Source: a virus
Length of the DNA: 64,000 nt
Virus record (IMG/VR): IMGVR_UViG_3300044701_001468
Direction: 5' to 3' (one strand)
In this document: in pieces, positions 59,601 to 64,000 of the stretch
Layout of the letters: every line of letters starts with the position of its first letter
How positions within the stretch are numbered: the first letter of the stretch is position 1
The notes under the pieces: generated by a model
The model's input: only the letters and a program-made list of their open reading frames with translations
Told to the model about the DNA's origin: nothing
The model's database searches: none
Program-made: the position numbers and the translations under genes

Positions 59601-62600
59601 ATTTACCCTGGTTTGGATAAGATGCTGCACCATTAAGTTCTAATCCCGCAAATGGTGAGTTTGGTTGAGTTACCTTGTCTCCATCGATCTCACAACCACC
59701 ACCACCTAAGAATGAAATAACAGAAGCGTTTTGAATATATGGTGATGCCTCAATTGCAGGTAAGTCGTCCCATATTGCTCTTGGGGTGATATACTTGTTA
59801 TTAGCATCGTATAAAGCACCATCTGGATATGTAATCGTTGGTGAATACAAGGTGCCGTATGTTTTTGTGGTAGTTCCTGCAGCAATAGTTCCAGCAAGAA
59901 TACCATCAAATAGTGTCATCTCAGTATCAATCGCGCTGAAGATGCCAGCACATTTTGAAGTTGCTGGATCTACTAGGATTGTTGCATCTGTAAATAATGG
60001 AATTGTAGTTTCATATGTTGGAGTATATGTTGCTCCTGTTCCATTAGCACCAGTTTTCCAATTACGCATTGCTAGTTGTGCTAGCTCTTTAACTTTAGTA
60101 AATGCGTAACGAGTTGCTGCTAACTCACCTGAAGGAATTCCAGTCAGTGCAGTTCCAGTATAATACGATTCTGCTGAAGTTACGATACCAGCATTACCAC
60201 CCAAAACAAGATCTCTTCTTAATCCAGCCAATACATAACGAATGTCTCTCTTACACTTTCTTTCCTGATCTGTAGTTAATCCAAGACCAGGGTAAAGTGC
60301 CTTGGCATATCCAAGTGCTTCGGAAGCAATAAAGTCTGCGTTTCTGGAAATTAAATATGCTGCATCTAGTTGAGTACCAGTGGCGTTATTTGCTAATGTA
60401 TCCGTGTAGACATAAGCAAGCGTAGTGATAGCAGAAGCGACATCATTACATGCTGGACTTGATGTATCTTGTACTACAGAAACATCAAAGTAACGTGCTA
60501 CGCTAGAATAAACGGGAGTGTAAAGTGGATCTGCTATTTGACCATTTCCAGTTCTCCAGCGACGCATCGCAAGAATACAAAGTTGGCGTACAATCTCGAC
60601 AGATCTAACAGTTTCTGCAATTTCGTTGCTAACGTATCCAATTTGAGTACCATTTACATAAGTTTTGGCAGCTTCAATAACATTATAGTTACCACCATAC
60701 TCAAGATCCATGAGAATGGCATTTACTACGTGCCCAATATCTCTACGGCACTTTGCTTCGTTTGGTACACTAAATGATCTTTGAACATAAGCACTCGCAG
60801 ATAAAGCTGGAGTTGATGCTGTAGTATAGATTGTTCCAGAAGTTAAACCAAGAGTTCCAATAAGACCCAACCATTTTACTTCGAACGCAGTTGCACTTAC
60901 TCTATTAGTTATAGTAAATGTCCCGTTAATATTATTGTTTAATCCATTTTTAAAAATAGATATCGTATCATCTACATAGAAACCATGATTACCAGAAGTT
61001 GTAACTCTAAAAATTACATATCCAGCATCAGCACCTGTTCCTGATGTTGTTTGAATAGAAGAAATTGAAAAATTAGGACTAAATTCATCTTGAATTTGTA
61101 GGTATGCTTCGTCCTTAATAAAATCAATATTATTTCTAATTAAATTACATGCATCCTGATAACGTCTTAAAACAAAATTTGGTAGTGGGAATTTGTTTGG
61201 GGAGTTTAGTAGCGATAGCGTAATGTAGTTATTTGCTGATTTTACACTAGCATTTGTTGGAACGTAGTTGACATCTGTAAATGCTGCCAGTTGTTTATAA
61301 AGAACAATACGTCTTGATCTTCCGTCAGCATCACGAATAATTTTATAAACTCTTTGCTTGCCATTTAAAGATGAAAGATCTGGATTTGATGTTGGTAGTC
61401 CAGAAATTTCAATCTCTTGATTTTCTTTGAAGTTGTGGAAATTTACTCTTCCTACTAGGGGGTTAGTATATAGAACAATACCGCCAGTTGCTGGATCTGC
61501 TTGTAACGATCCATCAACTCTGGTGATTGGTAATGTAGTGGTTACGTCGGTAATGTGATCTACAACTTCGCCTTCTGCTCTAATTGATTCAACTTGAACT
61601 GCAATCAAGTTATATACGTTGCGAATCCAAGTTAATGTGGCAGTTCCGTTGGAAGCAGAACCAGTTGTATGTGTTGGTGAAGTTGAATCAGAAGTACCAG
61701 CAGCAGTTACAGAATAAACATTATTACCATTGTAGATAATAGTGTTTAAAGTATATGTAGTATTTGCTTGCCAAGATCTAGCACCATCTCCAGGATATGT
61801 AAATGTTTCGCCAGTCTGGAAAGAACCACTTATAACTCGAATATCAAGAGTTCCGCTAATAGTTCCTGATGTAAATGTTCTTGCTGTAACCAAACCAACG
61901 GCACCAGTGTTGACACCAGTTACATATTCGTTTTCAGCAATTGCTGTACCACCTGTGTTTGTTTGGAAGGTAACTCTGATTTTTGCTGGTCCAAAAATTT
62001 GATGACCGATTGGAAAACTTCTCTTGAAATCTCCACCAGAAGCTGGATCGTAATAGATTCTTTGCTTGTCATCAAATACACAAGCATATTTCCAAGTAGC
62101 AATAGGATCTCCATTACTATCAATCTTATCTCTGAATGTTAGACCAGAAATATAGTTCTTGTCCGCAAACTTGAACATGTGCTTGTTCGGATTGTTTGGG
62201 CGAACAATAACAATACGAAGTGAGTCGCCAACAACTGAGCAATCTGCTGGAATTGAAATTGGGTTATCTTCTACGTATTCACCTCCAGAAACAATAACAG
62301 TTTCCTTAACACCCTTTGTTTGAGAAGCAATCTGACATGCTCTCTTGATAGTTCTTACGGGAGCAGCAGCAGATCTGCCATTATTTGAATCGTTACCAAT
62401 CTCAGCAGAAACATAAACACGACCACCAACGTCGTTTGTGGCAAGATTTAAAACGTATTCAGTGGTAGCAATTTTATCAGAATCATCTCCAAATGGGGGA
62501 GTAATTGAACGAGGATAACTCATATCCTCGTTATATCCTTTAAGTAGAGGACTTGATACTCTATAACCAATATGCTTGAGACTTACTGTACCATTTGAAA

Positions 62601-63303
62601 CTATACCATCAGAATGAGTTGGTGGTGCGCTTCCACTTAGACCAGTATTTAATGCCTGATAAATGTTATTGCCAAAATATAAAGTAGAATTAATACTTAC
62701 TGAGGTTGATGGAACCCATAGAGTGCCAGTATTATTTGCGTAAGTTTTTAAAGAAGGAGCACGAAACTTAGCATCTGGTGTTACAAAATTGTCAATATCA
62801 AGGTTTAGAATTCTAGCAGTATCGGAAATAATAGAAGTCGAAGTACGAATAGCACCATTAACATCTAATTCATAATCTACAGTATCTAGATATGCTGTGG
62901 CAGCAGCGCCATTGCCATTACCACCAGTAATAGTTACACTCGGAGCACTAGTGTAACCTGAACCAACATTATCTACTACTATTGCTACTACCGCTCCCGA
63001 AGAAATAATTGCAGAAGCTAAAGCTTGCGTTCCACCAGATTGTTGTGGTGGTGATAAAATTACTGATGGAGCGAGAGTATACCCAGATCCATTAAATCCT
63101 TCATTAATTAAAATCTTTTCTATTCTTCCGCCAGTTCTGTTGATACCTACGCGAGGTAATTTGGTAGCAGAATCTATTTGTACTCGGAGAACTTCTTTTT
63201 CATCCGATCCCGATCCTGATCTTATAGTTAGATCATTACTACCAATGAGTTGTGGATCTGATCCCTTAAGTATCTGTTTATCGGCGTTGAATTCTAAACT
63301 CAT
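53656..63303 (-). CDS. Giant 3215-aa tail fibre/virion structural protein
   Basis: GSGYT Ig-like repeats, CBM-like W...T.Y repeats, YVS..GND pectin-lyase-like start, GLDADLLDG/GLDADKLD trimer motifs, Gly/Asn/Tyr-rich C-terminal domain; late element at 63343-63349. Confidence 0.85.
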   Translation of the reverse strand: MSLEFNADKQILKGSDPQLIGSNDLTIRSGSGSDEKEVLRVQIDSATKLPRVGINRTGGRIEKILINEGFNGSGYTLAPSVILSPPQQSGGTQALASAIISSGAVVAIVVDNVGSGYTSAPSVTITGGNGNGAAATAYLDTVDYELDVNGAIRTSTSIISDTARILNLDIDNFVTPDAKFRAPSLKTYANNTGTLWVPSTSVSINSTLYFGNNIYQALNTGLSGSAPPTHSDGIVSNGTVSLKHIGYRVSSPLLKGYNEDMSYPRSITPPFGDDSDKIATTEYVLNLATNDVGGRVYVSAEIGNDSNNGRSAAAPVRTIKRACQIASQTKGVKETVIVSGGEYVEDNPISIPADCSVVGDSLRIVIVRPNNPNKHMFKFADKNYISGLTFRDKIDSNGDPIATWKYACVFDDKQRIYYDPASGGDFKRSFPIGHQIFGPAKIRVTFQTNTGGTAIAENEYVTGVNTGAVGLVTARTFTSGTISGTLDIRVISGSFQTGETFTYPGDGARSWQANTTYTLNTIIYNGNNVYSVTAAGTSDSTSPTHTTGSASNGTATLTWIRNVYNLIAVQVESIRAEGEVVDHITDVTTTLPITRVDGSLQADPATGGIVLYTNPLVGRVNFHNFKENQEIEISGLPTSNPDLSSLNGKQRVYKIIRDADGRSRRIVLYKQLAAFTDVNYVPTNASVKSANNYITLSLLNSPNKFPLPNFVLRRYQDACNLIRNNIDFIKDEAYLQIQDEFSPNFSISSIQTTSGTGADAGYVIFRVTTSGNHGFYVDDTISIFKNGLNNNINGTFTITNRVSATAFEVKWLGLIGTLGLTSGTIYTTASTPALSASAYVQRSFSVPNEAKCRRDIGHVVNAILMDLEYGGNYNVIEAAKTYVNGTQIGYVSNEIAETVRSVEIVRQLCILAMRRWRTGNGQIADPLYTPVYSSVARYFDVSVVQDTSSPACNDVASAITTLAYVYTDTLANNATGTQLDAAYLISRNADFIASEALGYAKALYPGLGLTTDQERKCKRDIRYVLAGLRRDLVLGGNAGIVTSAESYYTGTALTGIPSGELAATRYAFTKVKELAQLAMRNWKTGANGTGATYTPTYETTIPLFTDATILVDPATSKCAGIFSAIDTEMTLFDGILAGTIAAGTTTKTYGTLYSPTITYPDGALYDANNKYITPRAIWDDLPAIEASPYIQNASVISFLGGGGCEIDGDKVTQPNSPFAGLELNGAASYPNQGKSMVAAQFTIVSFGGTGYRVVNDGYCQLVSVFVLFCADGVYADSGGYASVTNAATNFGIYALRARGYRKDPYAFDIGTITNISTSVTGKTEITVSGLGRRPFEHYVVKIDGYTNTNTNIEYFIESVRNVTVGPPFSATIILNEGADFTKTSTGVPVGNSNTEFVGKTIKLHRPSIVNSSGHTWEFAGSGTNYNALPENGGIKIEAYEQVSENYGRVYTSGTDELGDFKVGYFARIENRTGAITFTGTVTISEVEFLKLKGGDVVVTGFDASNTLGGAFSTDSKLPTQKAVKDYISNNLGPYINKPYSTNAVPRALVELTDSGKISIDQIPALRPFNVYTVANQAARLALEGALAGDIAIQADTSVSYILNNDLTSLYLGFPVDTALVFNTGNIFTGSGSGGQIQATEYRQGVVWKINITNPGSGYTVPPTIVISGGNPQGGAVSATATCTIANGQVVSVTITENNGYIGGKGYTTQPSVVFTGPGGAGVTATGSALIENRLYGDIVNQIKIVDTDTVTSNNTPTGTIVDISRVINTSSKLNGNWVSLSSNQISADAITSGVIATTRLAQNSSEANSYTFLRGDQSYAPVLQSLKGTETRYFAKLNNAVSSGSSTFVFTTNANILKGHGIVNDVTGIPIGTLVNSVVTAAGFTTVQLNNPVTANISAGTIIQFTRPASPLIIDAAYTLGNFVDSVVIANGGSGFTNGSYFDVSLSGGTGTGLKANIIVSGNAVTTVTVTNGGVNYNADFSVTSAPSGIGSGSGLVLLAKLATTNKNYANAAVDIKRVDDLTISADPYGSVGVARFQKSQFTLGAAGNGSVTLKTGADSGLDADLLDGAQGAYYLNASNLNQGTLSVDRLAGTYNISISGQSGNTLRLITSTNNPTSSPSPNAFAEGIIADTRNNASDSLDDGGTKHLVLTLRNGSSGFDATFGGVRQLAFTDNNNMWLRGSGTGVTTFGSWAKVWTDLNDGPGTGLDADKLDNRQGSFYQNAYNINTGILSDNHIPSYISQKNFNTAVNILSTTNNPYYDIYVSGYVLTTSPFLAGQNVNLYDVNSQGTGTILITNIITYNDADDVLDYTIIRGVLTTGTFTGALTIGTASNRVAFQDYTINSSGTFTAASLVSDTGTGRLKLGRKDGTASSPAIYFNSSSSAATNYNVALIASGGNATDGSGNLNIVAATSSSVTINNNAIWNAGNIVFASNNVLSAAVQRDASGNFAAGTITASLTGAASLNVLKTGDTMTGSLTISGASSNLSVGGTSTLSGNVTIAAGASLTVDTNTLYVDPTNDRVGVGLTNPGTKLEVAGAIRGGSFTIGTTNTGEAWRGRGSDRTLGTYTIQLGGSSAAGTSFEIVDRAWTKVMYQFSGEAAANTLVATSDSRIGIGRSPTAGYKLDVNGTALFSDAVTIATTTDQMLYLNATDNSWAYMGFAWSGTRRYYFGLDSGGNGQLTSDSTSYSLNINGWSAVNMNQNLQISGADSDGLRLSGTAPTITFQDSDNRSAFIHVNSNLFYILGGANNAVEPNWAQVANSRWPLTIDLTNNNATFGGNVDASSGIITSAGGMQLRTWPADTTYGALRHSTNTNNGDYLVLSRNEDTFISARSGYGVYVRAGGNGTTGIRVDSNGYVGIRTESTNSAYACQIGGALNIQGEIYKNGVLFNPLPAQSASTIGATLKSNGTNAYWEVDLATQYQSAFTITRGYTLAGYQNATSWKNVNSLTHATLTQSNLGDLLTFSDAYCAGAQSLGMVAYVFTTADSWDGTSATVSKVNMNTNANAGTTSVTSARNRATLMRRDFRFAYVYGAGDGRPDRFNLTNDTCALAPNGNPEGAVNNPAGGYGAIYGWTKKSNGYYYPWATETYVGWNSPPGTDGSNKTISARNNRGYWNTGGGYSTGANWSKRTMDTGVEVATISKPGATGEESLHTGNNNGFMCGMYNGAQNNQGGIMNYTADTFTFNSSVNRVGPGGAASAAGTEFGSVISGYTGV

Positions 63304-63352
63304 TTTGGTGCAATGCTCCGACTTTTTTAGATTTCCTTTTATTATTTAGTTA

Positions 63353-63862
63353 TTATGTCCACAAAACACTGACTACTTCAACATGAGCAACCCATTTAAT
63401 TGCAGTTGTTGTGCCACCTCTGACAGCGGAATAACTGAAATTATTTACTGCTCCAATATCATATGAACTAATAGTCCATGTTTGACCAGTTGGAACGCTA
63501 TCTTTAATGGTAGTTATTAATTCAGATAAAACCTGAACATCACCAGCAGCACTACATGTAACATTAGATTCTATTTTTAATGAATAATGTCCTGTGCCTG
63601 GAGCATCAACAGCTACAATATGAGCGGTAATAAAATTTATTGAACTACTTGGAAGTGTAATATAAGTTGATCCACTATTTAAAGATAAAATAGAACTATT
63701 AGTTCCTTTTAATATATAATCTTTTTTATTTACATCATTAAAATTAGAATTTTTAATTTCTAATGAATTTACATTCAAAACATCTTTGGTGCTATTAATT
63801 ATTGTGGTTTCATCAACCGCAAATCCGCCAACAGAATTAAAAGTTTGTTTAGTTACTGCCAT
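63353..63862 (-). CDS. Putative tail/baseplate-associated structural protein
   Basis: FNSVGGFAV start, beta-rich; lies between structural genes. Confidence 0.55.
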   Translation of the reverse strand: MAVTKQTFNSVGGFAVDETTIINSTKDVLNVNSLEIKNSNFNDVNKKDYILKGTNSSILSLNSGSTYITLPSSSINFITAHIVAVDAPGTGHYSLKIESNVTCSAAGDVQVLSELITTIKDSVPTGQTWTISSYDIGAVNNFSYSAVRGGTTTAIKWVAHVEVVSVLWT

Positions 63863-63868
63863 GACTTT

Positions 63869-64000
63869 TTATTTTTTAAAACTAGTTTTTATTACGGTTA
63901 TTTCAACAACTTCGCCATTGGGTAATAAACTATTCAAACTCGTGGTCATCCTAACGTTTCCAGAACCATCGAAATCGAATGTATTATTTATTTGATCTTG
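63869..64000 (-). CDS. 3' end of an upstream gene truncated by the window edge (…EITVIKTSFKK*)
   Basis: 44 open codons ending TAA at 63869. Confidence 0.55.
   Translation of the reverse strand, partial: QDQINNTFDFDGSGNVRMTTSLNSLLPNGEVVEITVIKTSFKK

Noticed and set aside
1-64000. tRNA genes, CRISPR arrays, IS elements
   Set aside because: No T-loop/cloverleaf, repeat-spacer array or transposase seen; intergenic gaps are short and explained by promoters and terminators

Overview
This is a 64-kb segment of a T4-like myovirus genome. Gene order and content match cyanomyoviruses (Kyanoviridae-type); the lysozyme/C39 lysis cassette and lack of psbA/hli/talC in this window suggest a freshwater S-CRM01-like lineage (inference). 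Every credible gene is on the minus strand. In transcription order (high to low coordinates) it carries: a 3215-aa tail fibre with an AT-rich downstream cassette; neck, terminase, sheath, tube, portal and head genes (gp13-gp23); gp3, uvsY, uvsW, gp55, gp47, gp46; a zincin-vWA plus MoxR ('cobS') pair; gp45, gp44, an inserted putative nuclease plus Dam, gp62, regA, hsp20; gp43, uvsX, gp41, mazG; a ligase-like/nucleotidyltransferase fusion with an AT-rich nuclease-like neighbour; internal-head-like proteins; gp61, nrdA, nrdB; a resolvase and a lysis cassette. I found no tRNA, CRISPR array, intron, intein or reverse transcriptase. Leading candidates for undescribed biology: (1) a U32 (Fe-S hydroxylase-type)/SAM-methyltransferase fusion behind the tail fibre; (2) a KxDG ligase-like domain fused to an NMNAT-like domain next to mazG and a PD-(D/E)xK-like gene; (3) short GC3-rich recoded patches in core genes; (4) an RNA-level regulatory layer made of a ROSE-like hsp20 thermometer, late-promoter small RNA candidates, a consensus antisense promoter and three Sm-like proteins. 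All product calls come from motif recognition and synteny; no searches were run.
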